Notes: generated by a model from the letters alone, not told the origin. Positions 10,977 through 24,169 are shown, numbered from the stretch's first letter. The stretch: DNA of 64,000 nucleotides from Octopus sinensis (GCF_006345805.1 NC_043022.1:17608001-17672000), one strand, 5' to 3'. A program made the numbers and translations.

Positions 10977-13190
10977 ATCGAGAAACTGGTCGACAGGGCG
11001 CAAACATGCGCCGTGCCAGGCCGGACCATCCATGACAACCTCCATCTGATGCGCTACATCATAGACAGGGTAGTTAACGAACCTGGCATGGGTGGGGCCC
11101 TGATCAACTTGGATCAATCGAAAGCCTTTGATAGGGTAGACCATCGATACTTGGAGGCAGTCCTGAGAGCGGCTGGTTTCGGTCCCGTCTTCCGCGGCTG
11201 GATAGCTGCCTTGTACAGGGGCATCCGTTCGGTAATTCGCGTAAATGGACATCTATCGAGACCTTTCGACATTGCACGTTCGGTCCGTCAGGGATGCCCC
11301 CTCTCGGCGCTTCTATACGTATTGACTCTTGAGCCACTACTGCGGAAGCTGGCGACTCTAAGGGGCATCCCGCGAGAATTGGGATGCGGGACGAGCGTGT
11401 CTGCATACGCGGACGACGTCACCGTCATAGTGTCTAGCCACGAGCACATCGAGCTGGTCGGCGAGACACTGAAAAACTACGAAGCGGTGACAGGAGCGAA
11501 AATCAACCGGGAAAAGTCAGTGGGCTTGCGACTAGGCACCTGGAGAAGCAAGCCCATGCCGTCCACCAGCGCCTCCGTCGTGGGACGCTGGACCGACGGC
11601 CCGGTTGAGTTGCTCGGGGTCTGGTTTGGTCCGGACCTCCAAGTGGAGAAGAACTGGAACGAGATAACGAGTAGGGTGGTCACTCTCGCCCGGCAATGGG
11701 CCGAGAGGAAACTGTCCCTAAAAGGTCGAGCGGAGGTGGCGAACACGTACATCGCGTCCGTCATCTACTACCGCCTGACCGTCGTACCTTGTCCCGACCC
11801 TACCATCACCAAACTACAACGCATCCTCTTTCGCTTCTTGTGGAAAGGATGCGTCCCGATGGTCAGGCGATCCATTTGCTGTCAACACCCGTTAAAAGGA
11901 GGGCTGGGCATGCCGTGGTTGATGATGCGCAGACACGCGCTGAGACTGCGACATCTCTGGCTCTATGTAGACGACGGTGAACAGGTGTGGTCGCCGTTTG
12001 TGAGGCACGCCTTCCCGCAGCTCGTCTCCATGACCGAACTGCAGTCATGGATCAAAAAGAGGCCGAGGAAGGGCGAATGGCACCGCGAGTGTCGCGTTGC
12101 TCTCAAGCAACTCTGCCGTCCTGGGTCGACCTTAAGTGACTTCAACACAACCAAAGCATTCTATAGGGGTTTAGTGGAGGGGAGGTACGACGACGAGCTC
12201 GGGGCGAACCTGGACGTCGACGAGGAGTACCTGACCCGCCTGTTCGGGACGACTTTCGGGCCAGGGCCCATGGACAACTTCCAGAGATCCCTGGCCTGGC
12301 AATGCTACCGAGAAGCGCTACCCGTTCGGGATAAGCTCTACAGACACGGCTCGAGAAACACGGGGCCGACCTGCCCGAGATGCGGTCAGAGCGACGAAAC
12401 CGTTCTGCACGCACTCGTTCAGTGTCCAACAATTTCCGACCTGTGGGCTTATGTCGAACAACTGCTGTCACGTGTGGGACGAGTCGGTTTATCAGCTGAG
12501 TCTATCGTCAATATTGTCACGCCTCCTTCCTTCAAACGGGAAGGAAGAGCTATTTTCATCATCCTTGTGGCTATGGCGAAAGAATGTATCTGGTGGACGC
12601 GTCTGAAAGGATTGGAGACAAACACTTTCCTCTCTGGTCAATCTCTCATCAACTTCTTCAAGTACCACTTGAAAAGGAAAGTGAGAGTAGAGAGGCAAGT
12701 TTTGTCTAGCGAATGTTTTAAAAAAAGATGGGTGAATGTAGCAAGAATGGCACGTATGAATGACGAAGCCACCTTGAGCATAGTCCTATGAACCCAGAAA
12801 TCGAAAACAGAGAGTTGCTTATTTGCAAAAAAAAAAAAAAAAAAAAAAGAAATATAAAATGTGACTTCATTGACCGAGGTTACCGTGGTCTTTTCCGTAG
12901 GCTTTTCTTTCCACGGGTAAACCTCACCTGTCCTCCCCTTTACACTTCATATTGACATTTCTGTGATAACGATCCCTATTGATCAATTTTTTTTTCCTCT
13001 CCCCCCTTTTTTTTTTTTTTTTTTTTAACACCCCTTCTTTTTGTCCTCCTTCTCTCCTTTTACGATCCCTTTTGATCGAAACTCCCCCTTCCTTTTTTTT
13101 TTTTTTTTTTTTTTTAAACCTTCAAAAGAAAAGCTCTACCTTGTAATTTGTTCTATCTGTGTGCAGCCCTGTGTGGCTAATAAAGAAACA
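10977..13190 (+). mobile_element. Tx1/L1-clade non-LTR retrotransposon, 5'-truncated, young
   Basis: Uninterrupted frame from 10977 to 12791 with QTCAVPGRTIHDN, LDQSKAFDRV, VRQGCPLS, AYADDV, FLWKG...GGLGMP and a C-terminal CPRC..ETVLHALVQC zinc knuckle. The 3' UTR has AATAAA at 13179. GC- and CpG-rich compared with its flanks. Confidence 0.92.
11013..12791 (+). CDS. Retrotransposon ORF2 C-terminal part (RT plus zinc knuckle), no endonuclease
   Basis: 592-aa ORF with the RT motifs listed for the element. The GTG start is not a true start, because the frame is open back to the truncation point. Confidence 0.85.
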   Translation: MPGRTIHDNLHLMRYIIDRVVNEPGMGGALINLDQSKAFDRVDHRYLEAVLRAAGFGPVFRGWIAALYRGIRSVIRVNGHLSRPFDIARSVRQGCPLSALLYVLTLEPLLRKLATLRGIPRELGCGTSVSAYADDVTVIVSSHEHIELVGETLKNYEAVTGAKINREKSVGLRLGTWRSKPMPSTSASVVGRWTDGPVELLGVWFGPDLQVEKNWNEITSRVVTLARQWAERKLSLKGRAEVANTYIASVIYYRLTVVPCPDPTITKLQRILFRFLWKGCVPMVRRSICCQHPLKGGLGMPWLMMRRHALRLRHLWLYVDDGEQVWSPFVRHAFPQLVSMTELQSWIKKRPRKGEWHRECRVALKQLCRPGSTLSDFNTTKAFYRGLVEGRYDDELGANLDVDEEYLTRLFGTTFGPGPMDNFQRSLAWQCYREALPVRDKLYRHGSRNTGPTCPRCGQSDETVLHALVQCPTISDLWAYVEQLLSRVGRVGLSAESIVNIVTPPSFKREGRAIFIILVAMAKECIWWTRLKGLETNTFLSGQSLINFFKYHLKRKVRVERQVLSSECFKKRWVNVARMARMNDEATLSIVL

Positions 13191-13253
<63 letters not shown>

Positions 13254-14759
13254 ACACACACATACACATACGTATGCAATTTTCTGGGTCTGAGCAAGAG
13301 GCAGTGCCCAAAACCGTCTCAGTCCTTCTAGACTGTCAGATCGAGGGAATGTTTCTCGGGAAAAGCATGAACAAAGAGGGGATTCTAGAGTTATGGAAAG
13401 GAAGAGCTGGGTATTGTGATTAATATAGAGTTTTGGAGGTTGTATACAGCCAGGGTGTTAAGGGGAAGCGAGGGTCTGGAATAGCCGAGTGATAGATGAT
13501 ATGATCCCAGCCAGTTCTGATGAATCGAGGCCTTGAAGTGGTGGGGGAGAAGTGATTGTGCCCCTGAAAACGACAGGCTTGGACGTTTCTGTGAATGACT
13601 TTTATGCCAGTCAGTCTGGGGACCATTTCTGGATGTGGCAAGTGCAATAGCAGCAGCAGCAACACTGACCCCGTTGTGAGAGCAAAACTTCGTTGTTGAC
13701 TTCACGTGAGCATTGACTCCATGCTGATCGCGATTAAAAGGTGTGTGTGCAGTGATTTTTTATGAGTAAAGTTTGTGGTTTGTTGCTGTTAACTTTTGAG
13801 AATGTTTTATATGCGAGCGCGCTTGTGTGAAAAGAGAAAGAGATCATGGCTGAAGCATCGCTCAGCTCTGGGTGCACAAGTCTTTATAGTGGAAACAGAT
13901 GTAAACCAGTGAATGTGATTACATAACTTCTGTTTTTTTTTTTCTGCCATATCCAGCAGCCCTAAATATGTGGATTATAGAAAGAGGATGTAAAACGATA
14001 ATAATGATTTATATATATATTTTGATTCATATATTTATATTACACAGGTAATTTTAATGTGTATCTAAATATTTGTGTATGAGATCATTTTCCATCCGCT
14101 TTTTCTGCTAGTATTGGTTGAATGGTCCAGTAAGATGCAACTGTCTCGAGGATTTGGCATAGTTTCCCAGGCTCAATGCTCTTCTGAATGCGAGCACTTT
14201 GTAAAGTGTACTGGGTGTTTTTACAGAACTGTCTCACTGAAAGAAGAAACGAGAGAGAGAGGGAGAGAGAGGTGGGGTCGGTTGATGAAAGGATGAAGTG
14301 TGATGAGTGGAGCAGGTTTATTGTTGTGAGTGTGTGGTGGTAGGGAGAATAACAGGGTGGTTAGGGTTGGAAGGGGTACAGAGGTCAGGAAGGGGCAGAG
14401 TAGAAAGATAATCGATGTGGGGCTGTGCAGGGATAGGGAGAGCCTGTGCTATCTCATGTTAAGGAAGTAAGTATGGGTGGAAGGTGGTGGGGTATGAGAT
14501 GGGGGGTAAGGAAAAGATGTAGAGGGTTTGGAAGGAAAGAGAGGAGTGGGGTGGTGGTGTGAGATGGCAGGGAAACAGAGGAGAGAGGATGCTGAGAGAA
14601 AGAGACAGGAGTGGAGGAATGTGGTGAGAGGGGTTGGAGGAAATCATGGGGGTAGGGAGAGAGAGAGTTGATAGAGCAAGAGCATGCATCTGTTTCCTTT
14701 GTGTTCTCTCTGCCCTGTTTGCTCCAAAGAGTGGGTTCTTCTCTAGCACAGCATATCAC

Positions 14760-15220
14760 CAATCATCATGGTCCCTTGGTGTTTCCTTTGGGAAGTTCAA
14801 CATCTTGACATCACTTTTCACCACTTTGTTGTCTGTCTTTCTTGGCCCTTCATCTTCCATAGACCCTATCAACTTTAAGCATTTGGCACCTGTTGCCATC
14901 CACACCCATCACTCGTTCATACCATTCTAGTCTCTCTCTCTCTTCCTCAAACTGCAGCTGGTTCCTTTTTGTCTCTAATCATTTCTGTTGTGGCCTTCAT
15001 GCCCCTCTGGCATTCCACATCCAGCAAGTATGCTCAGCTCATTTTTTTCTAGCCTTCACAAATCATTTGCATTCAGGGCCCATATCACGTTATCATGTAG
15101 GGTCACACTTCAAACACAAATATTTGCCACTCTGCTCATCAGTCTGAGGGAATTTGCTGCATTTTTGCCCTTCTCTTCTTACTCTGGCTTCAATACTTTT
15201 ACGCCCCCCCCCCTTATATA
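14760..15220 (-). mobile_element. Heavily decayed RTE 3' fragment
   Basis: Resembles the 3' ends of the other RTE copies (GRPRKT-like segment ~14835-14860), with a (CAT) tail remnant near 14760. Confidence 0.5.
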
Positions 15221-16126
15221 ACAAAAATTATTGCCTGCTTCTTGAGTGCACTTTGCACTCAGTGTTCTTTCATGGCACCTTGGGCAAGTGTCTCTACTAT
15301 AGCCTCAGGCTGACCACAGCCGTATGAGTGGGTTTGAGATGGAAAAATCTATATGTATTTGTCTGTCTTTGGAACTGGATCTTGAAGCGCATCACAAACA
15401 GCTTTAAGTAATAGAAATATAAATACTGGGTTGTCAAAACCTTTTGGACAGAAGGCTGCTCATGAGACCGAAGCTTACATCTCCTGTCCACACAACAAGT
15501 GCTCCACTAGTGTTTAAGATTGGCTGTTCATGAGATCACCTATTCTAGTTCTCATGTCTGAATCTGTTATGTAAATGTTGTGTGTGTGTTTTGCAATGTC
15601 AGAGCAAATATTGCAGTGTTAGATTCTTTAAAGATGATTATTTGTCGAGATATTTGAGGAGTTGTTGCAGGACTTGAAGTGGTTGTGTCTCTTAGATGTC
15701 TTGGAGAGGATTGTCCAATTGGGAAACAAGCATCTACTGCCCATTCAATACTGTCCAACCAAGACTTGGAAGCCTCCATTCTCTGATGCTCTTCTTTTCG
15801 GAAAAAAAGTCTAGCAGTTTTCACCTATTTAGGTTTTCTTGGAACTATTTGTTGCATTTTTGTTCTCCATGCAAGATGACTTCTTGTTGACAGCATCCCA
15901 GGGACATTGAACCACTTCGGTTTTAATAATTCAACAGTTCTTTCTCCCTGTTTCAGTATGGAAGCTTTACAGATATAATGGAGTCAAATGTATGTTTGGG
16001 AAGTCCTCTTTTTCCATGGCATTATTGGTGGAATGTTCATTTTTAGCCAGTTTCTTATTAAAAAAGAAGAAAAAAAATACTTGCAACTCCAATTTGAACC
16101 TGCATCCATAAAATTTGCCTTGCTGC

Positions 16127-17265
16127 TTAGTTAGTTAGTTAGTTAATTTGGCTCAAAAGCAAATAGCAAGGCCATGTAGGGGGACATGGAGTTAAGTACA
16201 GGGTGGTGTTCATGTAAAGAGTTCAGGCCACTTGAGGTCCAGAGAGGCTTTGAACAAAGCAGTCGTCGGCATCTTCACCATCTCGTCTGGCAGCTTGTTC
16301 CACGGATCCGCAACCCGGACGGAGAAAGCTCCTCTCCTTCGATTGAGATGAAATCGTCGCAGGTAGAGCTTTTCGGAATGACCCCGCAGCCGACGCTCCG
16401 GGGCAGGAGTGAAGAACAGCTCTTTCGAGAGGTTACACTTCCCGCTTATGATGTTGTGGGCGAGAATGAGATCACCACGGCGGCGGTGTTTTTCAAGAGA
16501 ACAAAGGTCGAGCGTCCTCAGCCTTTCTTCGTAGGACAAATTTTTGAGACCATGAACCATGCGGGTAGCCAGCCTCTGGACTCTTTCGAGGTGCTGTATG
16601 TCTTTGAGGAGATAAAGAGAAGAGGCTTGAATCCCATACTCCAATATGGGTCTCACCAGCGTGACATAGAGTGGCAGGAATATGGCTGCTGTGAGCATTC
16701 TGAATGACCGTTGAATCAAAAACAGAATTCCGCGCGCTTTGTTGGCAGCATGGACGCACTGGGCCGAAGGCGAAAAGGAGGAATCCACCAAGATACCCAG
16801 GTCCTTTACCTGATCGGTCCTCTCCAGCAGCAGACGACCCGGCTCGAAATCAAGTTGAGTTGCAGGAGTAGAGCCGACAGGCAGATGACAGCACTTTGAC
16901 ACGTTCAGACACAGGTCCCAATCGTTAGACCACTTCCAAATTTGGTGGAGGCATCGACGAAGATCCTCTATACTACCGCGAGGAGCGACCAGTTTGATAT
17001 CGTCGGCAAATAGAAGGGTGTGTTGCGTGAGGTCGTCGGGCAAGTCATTTATGAAGACTAAGAACAACAAGGGCCCAAGCACTGAACCTTGAGGCACGCC
17101 ACTGCTCGCACTGGAGACGTCGGACCGCGAACCATTAACTTGAACTTGGAAGGAGCGATCTGAGAGGAAGGCACCAACCCATCGTACAATATCCGGATGG
17201 AAACTATATGCTTGAAGCTTGACAAGTAGTAGGCGGTGGTTTACCGAGTCAAAAGCTTTGGCAAA
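16127..17265 (-). mobile_element. CR1/L2-group LINE, 5'-truncated, young
   Basis: Open ORF 16210-17295 with FAKAFDSVNH, SGVPQGSVLGPLLFLVFINDL, LFADDIKL, DLGILVD, LERVQRLATR and RGDLI. Short 3' UTR ending in (TAAC)n at 16127-16145. Confidence 0.92.
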
Positions 17266-17475
17266 TAATATCAGCTGTTTACACATAATCAGCAACAGCT
17301 CAGCATTGATTGTGAGGGAAATGATGGGAAAGAGTTAAGGGATGAGAAAAGGAGAGAGAAATAGAAAGAGAGTAGCAGAGAGAGAGTGTGAAATACTCAG
17401 CTTTTGATGAGGAGCAGTAAGAGGGAGTACAGGAATGTTACATACAAAGAATGAGTAGGAGGAGGACATACTCTT

Positions 17476-18660
17476 TCATTCATCATCATCATCATTGTTT
17501 AACATCTGCTTTGCATGCTGGCATGGGTTGGACATTTGACTGAGAACTGGCAGGCTGGGAGGCTGCACCAGGTTACAGTATGATTTGGCAATGTTTCTAC
17601 AGCTGGTGTTGTAGGTGTCTTCTATGCGCCAGTTAGGTGGCACTGGCATCAGCCATGACTCTGATCTCACTTGGTTTGCCAGGTCTTCTGAAGCACGGCA
17701 TATCTCCAAAGGGCTCAGTTGCTTATTGCCTCTGTGGGGCTCAACATTTCAAAGTTGTGCTTCATCACCTCATCCCATATCTTCCTGGGTCTACCTCTTC
17801 CACAGGTTCCCTCTACTGCTAGGGTGTGACACTTTTTCACACTGCTGTCCTCACCCATATGCATCACCATACCAGTGCAATTGTCTCTCTTGCACACCAC
17901 ATCTGATGCTTCTTAGGTCTAACTTTTCTCTCAAGGTAATTACACTCTGTCAAGTATGTACACTGACATTTCACATCCATCGGAGCATACTGGCTTCATT
18001 CCTTGCGAGCTTACGCATGTCCTCAGCAATCATGGCCCATGTTTCACTGCTGTGTAGTATGGCTGTTCGCACACAGGCATCATACAGTCTACCTTTCACT
18101 CTGAGCAACAGGCCCTTTGTCACCAGCAGAGGTAGCAGCTCTCTGAACTTTGTTCAGCCTATTCTTATTCTAGTACCTACACTCTCAGAGCATCCACCCC
18201 CGCTTCTGACTTGATCCCCTAGGTAATGGAAGCTATCAACTACTTCTAGTTTTTCTCCTTGGAATGTGGCGGAAGTTGTTCTCTGCACATTGTCAGTGTT
18301 TATTGCTCCTGAGCATCTGCCACATACAAAAACTATCTTCCCAGTTAGCCTTCCTTTGATATTGCTGCACCTCTCATGTGTCCATAGCTTACACTGGGTA
18401 CATCTTATAGAGTTTCTACCTACACCTCTTCTACAGATCGAGCAGGGCCATCTACCTGAAGGGATTTGTGGTTTGCCTGCCTTCTTACTTATTAGGACTT
18501 TGGTTTTAGCTAGGTTGACTCTAAGGCCATTTGATTCTAATCCTTGTTTCCACACTTGAAACTTCTCCTCTAGTTCTGATAGTGACTCAGCAATTAGAGC
18601 AAAGTCATCAGCATAGAGGAGCTCCCAGGGGCATCCTGTCTTGAATTCCTCCGTTATCAT
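17476..18660 (-). mobile_element. RTE LINE 3' fragment
   Basis: ORF 18154-18660 (ELLYADDFALIA...) and ORF 17715-17900 (GRGRPRKIWDEV). (CAT)n tail at 17476-17495. Confidence 0.9.
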
Positions 18661-20893
18661 ATATATCTAAAATAAAATACAAAATGGGACAAGAACACAA
18701 AACATCTGGACAACTAGGTGATACAAAAAGGGACAACAAAACATCCAGATAGACGATACAAAAAAAACACGGCTGGGTCATTCAAAGCCTTTTATCTTCA
18801 GTCAAGAACCGGATCATCTTCACAATTTTGGCTGCTTAATCTTGAGATTGTTCCAGTCTGGCCAGCCCCAAGGAAAAACTAAGCTAGGAGCATTAGATTC
18901 CTTGGAAAAAAGCATGATCATCATTTCAACATCCATTTTTCCTTGCTTCTATGGATCAATGAGTCAAATGGAATTGATGGAGACCAAATATTTCCATGGC
19001 TGGATGCTCTTCCTCTTGCTACCTTCCACCTGTTTTGAATCAAACAACTATTTCCTAGTCTATCAAACTACAAACCTATCTATCAGCATCACACACACAC
19101 ATAATATAGATATTCATATATCAGCCATGTCAGCATGGAAGGCGGACATTAAACAATGATGATGATGATGATGATATATTTAATACAGAAGATGGAGTCT
19201 AACCGGAAGCTTTGTAATAATTGTTTTGGCTTCCTTCAGCACTGCTCCCTAGTCTATACATACATACATGCAGTATCCCGACTGTGGAGCTGAGAAGACA
19301 TATTTCAAACAAGGACTCAATACATGTGTTGGGGAGAGTAGATATGTTTCTTTCTTTTTTTGTAGCAAAAGTCACTATGGAGACCTTATCTGTTTCATGA
19401 CTCCATGATAATAATAACCTGACCCAAATCTCCAAGAATGTATTGTGTGTGTGTGTGTGTGTACATATATGGAACATACCAGAGTGCTACCTTTGTCTGC
19501 TGGTACAAAGTTTGTGTGTAAATTTGGATGTGGTGTTGGGCCACAGCTGGCAGAACTGTTAGCCTGCCAGGCAAAAGGCTCGCTGGCATTTCAGCTGTCT
19601 TTCAATTCTGAGTTCAAATTCTGTCACGGTCGACTTTGCCTTTCATCCTTTTGAGGTTGATAAAATAAGTACCAGTTAAGCCCTGGGATCGGTGCAATTA
19701 ATTAATCTAAATTGCTGGCCTTGTGCTGAAATTTGAAATCAATTTTGATGTGATTAGTTTTGGCTAATGGTTTTAGTTTGTGGTCAGTGGCAGTATTGGT
19801 GTGTGGGTGTTAGAGTGGGTGGGTATGTGTGTTCATACATATTTTCATGTTTTTGCAGGTTTGTGAAAAATTTGGTTACAAAAGCTGGATCCTTCAGCAT
19901 TTAAACCAGCCATATCTGACCCAAGTCCAATACTAGTTTTATGTTCAAACTGGCTAGATCTGACTTCTCATACTCACCCTACAATGTCATTCTGAAATAA
20001 ACAATTTCATCATTGAAATCTTGAAGCTATGAAATAATGAATCATTCAAAAACAATGTAAATAAATAAGCAGAACATTTGGCAGAGTAATCAGAATGCTA
20101 AAAGGGTGGAGGGTTGTCAGACAGCTTTGTGTGTGTGTGCCGTCGTGTGTATGTGTGTGTTGTTGTGTGTTGATACCAGGTGTATGGAGTAGTATGTAGC
20201 ATTTGTGCACCCAGGGGTGCACTTTGTAATATCATTCATCTTTTCTTTTTCATGGGTTTTACTCGTTAGACTGGCCATGCTGGGGCACCATCTTGAAGAA
20301 TTTTTTAGATAAAGGAATCAATCTCCAGTACTTATATTTCTTAAGCCTGGTACTTATTCTCTTTTTGCCAAACCACTAAGTTACAGGGACATAAACAAAC
20401 CAACACCAGTTGTCAAGTGGTGGTGGAGGACCAATATGGACACAAAGCTATATATATATGATGGGGTTTCTTTCAGTTTCCATCTACCAAATCCCCTGGC
20501 AAGGCTTTGGTCAGCCCAGAAACCCTAGAGCACATCTAAAGAAAGGACTAGCAAATAGATTGACATTGTTCAACCGCTGCTTCATGCGTATATTGTCCCC
20601 TATCTCTGCCTTTTCTACCACTCTTATAATAAACTCTGCTCCTTAGTGCTGGCCACCTCCATTTAGCCATTCCTGCTTCACTCGTCTCTCCTCCTCCTCT
20701 CATCCAATAAGGCTCTGCACCAAACTTTATGTCCAGTTCCATCTGCCCAGGGTGTGGTTCCCCTGAAATTCTTGCTTATACCTTTCTTAATGATGTTGAC
20801 TTAACAAAGAGCCATCAATCTTACAGCTTGAGAAGTACCCGTGAAGGCCATTCACATTGCTCTTTCTGTCAAACCCAGCAACTAAGTTATATG

Positions 20894-20996
<103 letters not shown>

Positions 20997-21029
20997 ATAT
21001 ATATGTATTATTATTATTGTTCTTATTAA

Positions 21030-21670
21030 GGTGGTGAGCTGGCAGAACCATTAACACACTGGATGAAATGCTTAGCAGTATTTTGTTTGCCGTTACATTC
21101 TGTGTTCAAATTCCATCGAGGTTGACTTTACTTTTTATCCTTTCGGGGTCAATAAATGAAGTACAGTTGAACACTGGGGTCAACGTAATCAACACATCCC
21201 CTCCCTCAAAATTACTGCTCTTGTGACAAACTTTGAAACTATTATTTTTAAGATGGTGAGCTGGCTGAATGATTAGTATGTTGGGTGAAATGCTTAGAGA
21301 TATTTCACCTGTTGCAACATTCTGAGTTGAGGTTTATTTTGCCTTTCATCTTTTCAAGGTTGATAAGTTAAGTACTAGTGGTACACTGGGCTCAATGTAA
21401 TTGACTATACTCCCCCTCAAATTTCAGGCCTTGTGCCTATAGTAGAAAGGAGTATTATTATGGCATCAAGCTGGTGGAATTGTGCTTAGCACACTGGACA
21501 AAATACTTAATGGTATTTTGTCGATCTTTATATTCTGAGTTCAAACTCTACTGAGGTCGACTTTGCCTTTCATCCCTTCAGGGTTGATAAAATAAGTACC
21601 AGTTGCACATGGGGGTCAATATAATCAATGTCCCCTAATTGCTGGTCTTGTGCCAAAATTTGAAACCAAT
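21030..21670 (+). mobile_element. Three chained tRNA-derived SINEs (Nin-like central domain, (ATT)n tail)
   Basis: Repeated unit ggtgagctggcagaa (A box), gagttcaaa (B box), gcctttcatcctttcggggtcgataaa.taagtacc, aggattatt. Copies start at about 21030, 21253 and 21462. Confidence 0.85.
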
Positions 21671-22184
21671 ATTTCCTTTTTTCTCTTGCCATGGTTATTA
21701 CTGCTCTCATCATTTCTTTTTATACCCTTTTGTTGTTTTTTACTTTCAGAAGATTAGGGTAACCAGATATTAAAAAAAAAATCAACAAAAAATAATTGAA
21801 AGCATAAAATATTAACAAAAAATACAAATAAACAAACCAAAATGAGTGTAGATTCTTACGAGAGTGAGTAAAACTGTCTTTTCCCTTCGTTTAAAGGGAA
21901 CTCATGTCAACCTTATACAAATTTTATTTCTGCATCTTCCCCTATTGCTTCCTCTTCCTTTATTGTAGTTATTTGAGAAGATAGCTTTTTTTTTTTTTAT
22001 TAACCCTTGTTCCCTCAACCAATCCCTGTTTATTCCATTCTTGTTTGTTTTGACATTAATCCCAACCCTGCTATCAAACCCTCTTTTTACAACCACACTC
22101 TACTTTATCTGGCTTTTTTTTTTACCAATTTTAACGCTATCCAATTTTTTGTTTCTTTTATATTCTATTTTAGTTTTGTTGTTG

Positions 22185-22240
<56 letters not shown>

Positions 22241-22290
22241 GTCATTATCATTATTATTATTTTTATTATTATTATTATTATTATTATTAC

Positions 22291-23163
22291 TTTTTTTTTT
22301 CTTCTTTCAAATTTGCTTCCATTTCTTGCCGAGTGTCTTCCCGACTCCTAGGGCAAAGAAACTCATAGTATACATTGGTAGGCCATTAAACCAAACTCAA
22401 TAGTTCGTTCATTTTTTTTTTTTTAAGTTAAATTAAAATACATGAGCAGCAACATTTCTCACATCGACAATGCTCTTCTCAATACGTGTGATGTACCAGT
22501 TAAGACAATCTTTTGCACTTCTTGCAGGGATGGTAAGCCAGGGATCATTCTCATATAATTTTCGGTTCCCTTCTTGATCATTCCTAGTGCTCCTACGATC
22601 ACTGGTATTGTAACCGCCTTGAGATGCCACATTTTCTCAATTTCAATGAGTAGGTCTTTATATTTTCTGAGCTTGTCAAACTCTTTTGCTGAGATATTAT
22701 GATCACAGGGGATGCTCATGTCAATCAATAAGCAAACTTTATTGTTTTGGTCTTTCACAACAATATCTGGTTTATTGGCCTTGATGGTTCGGTCTGTATG
22801 TACTGGAAAGTCCCACAGAATGGTTACATTTTCTCCTTCAGTTACAGCCTCAGGGTGGTGATTATACCACTTGTCGGCAGTTTTGATATTGTAATGCCGA
22901 CTTATTAGCCAGTGGAGATATTGGCCAACTCTGTCATGTCTTAATTTATACTCCACTGGTGCTAAGACTTTACATCCAGAGATTAGGTGGTCCACTGTTT
23001 CAATCATGTCGTTGCAGAATCGGCATTTTGGGTCTGCTCCATTTTTCATCACATTGGCCTGGTAGTTCCGGGTTAATAGGCTTTGATCTTGAGCAGCCAG
23101 GATGAAACCTTCGCTCTCTGCTTTTAGCCCTGAGCTCCGTAGCCACTGATGGGTTTGCTTCTG
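22291..23163 (-). mobile_element. R4/Dong-type non-LTR retrotransposon 3' fragment (CCHC plus restriction-like endonuclease)
   Basis: ORF 22459-23325 contains AAQDQSLLTRNY, CRFC..ETVDHLISGC, RHD, LWDF, KPDIV..LIDMSIP, K..KY.DL and PVIVGALG. Flanked on both sides by (TAA)n/(ATT)n. Confidence 0.9.
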
Positions 23164-23177
23164 TATTATTATTATTA

Positions 23178-23228
<51 letters not shown>

Positions 23229-23261
23229 TATTATTATTATTATCATCATCATCATCATCAC

Positions 23262-23990
23262 GGTGAGCTGGCAGAATTGTTAGCATTCTGGGTGAAAAGC
23301 TTACTGGTATTTCGCCTGTCTTCACGTTCTGAGTTCAAATTCTGTTGAGGTTGACTTTGCCTTTCATCTTTTGAGGGTCAGTAAATTAAGGGCCAGTTGA
23401 GCACTGGAGCCTATGCCATCAACTAGACCCCCCCTCCCCTAAAATTTCAGGCCTTGTGTCTTTAGTAGAAAGGATTATTATGAAGATGGTCAGCTGGCAG
23501 AATTGTTAGCATTTTGTCCAGCTTTATGTTCTGAGTTGAAATTCCACTGAGGTTGACTTTGCCTTTTGTCGTTTTAAGGTCAATGAAATAAGTACCAGTT
23601 ACACATTAAGGTCAGTGTAATCGACTAGCAAAGGGTTGTTGTTGTTATTGTTAAAAAGGCGGCAAGCTGGTGGAATTGTTACCATGCCAGACAAAATGCT
23701 TGGTGGCTTTTCTTTGAGAATTAGGTTCTGAGTTCAAATGTTGCTGAGGTTAATTTTCCTTTCCTCCTTTCAGGGTTGATAAAGTAAGTACCAGTCAAGT
23801 TAATGTAACTCTGTCACAATGAATTACCTACATCCCTTCCTGGAAATTTTTCATCTTTTGTCAGTTTCTAGAAGTTGTCAATAAAATATGTACCAGTTGA
23901 GCACTGGGATTGATGTAACTGACTTATCCCCTCCGCCAGAATTGCTGGCCTTGTGCCCAAATTTGAAATCATCATCACCATTATTATTGT
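23262..23990 (+). mobile_element. Second chain of Nin-like tRNA SINE copies
   Basis: Same consensus as 21030-21670. Copies start at about 23262, 23487 and 23658, with a 3' part at about 23875. Confidence 0.8.
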
Positions 23991-24169
23991 ATGTTTTTTG
24001 TTTTGTTTAAATTGATATGAGTTGCATCCAAGTCTCAACTAGAGACGTAAAGGGACAAGGTTTTGTATCTAAAGATGCTGGCAGATGAGGTGCCATGCAA
24101 CTGGAAACACTGATGTTTGTGGGAGAGAAAACAGAGCAACGTTGCATTACCATTGAGAAGAATTTATGT

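Noticed and set aside
15560-16050. Possible decayed Penelope GIY-YIG region (minus strand)
   Set aside because: Only a vague motif resemblance (KT.R....EEH), which cannot be supported without a profile search.
16186-16899. Plus-strand ORFs of 173 aa and 62 aa
   Set aside because: They are antisense shadows of the CR1 RT frame.
21030-21130. tRNA genes
   Set aside because: The A and B boxes belong to SINE heads. No cloverleaf is evident and each continues into a SINE body.
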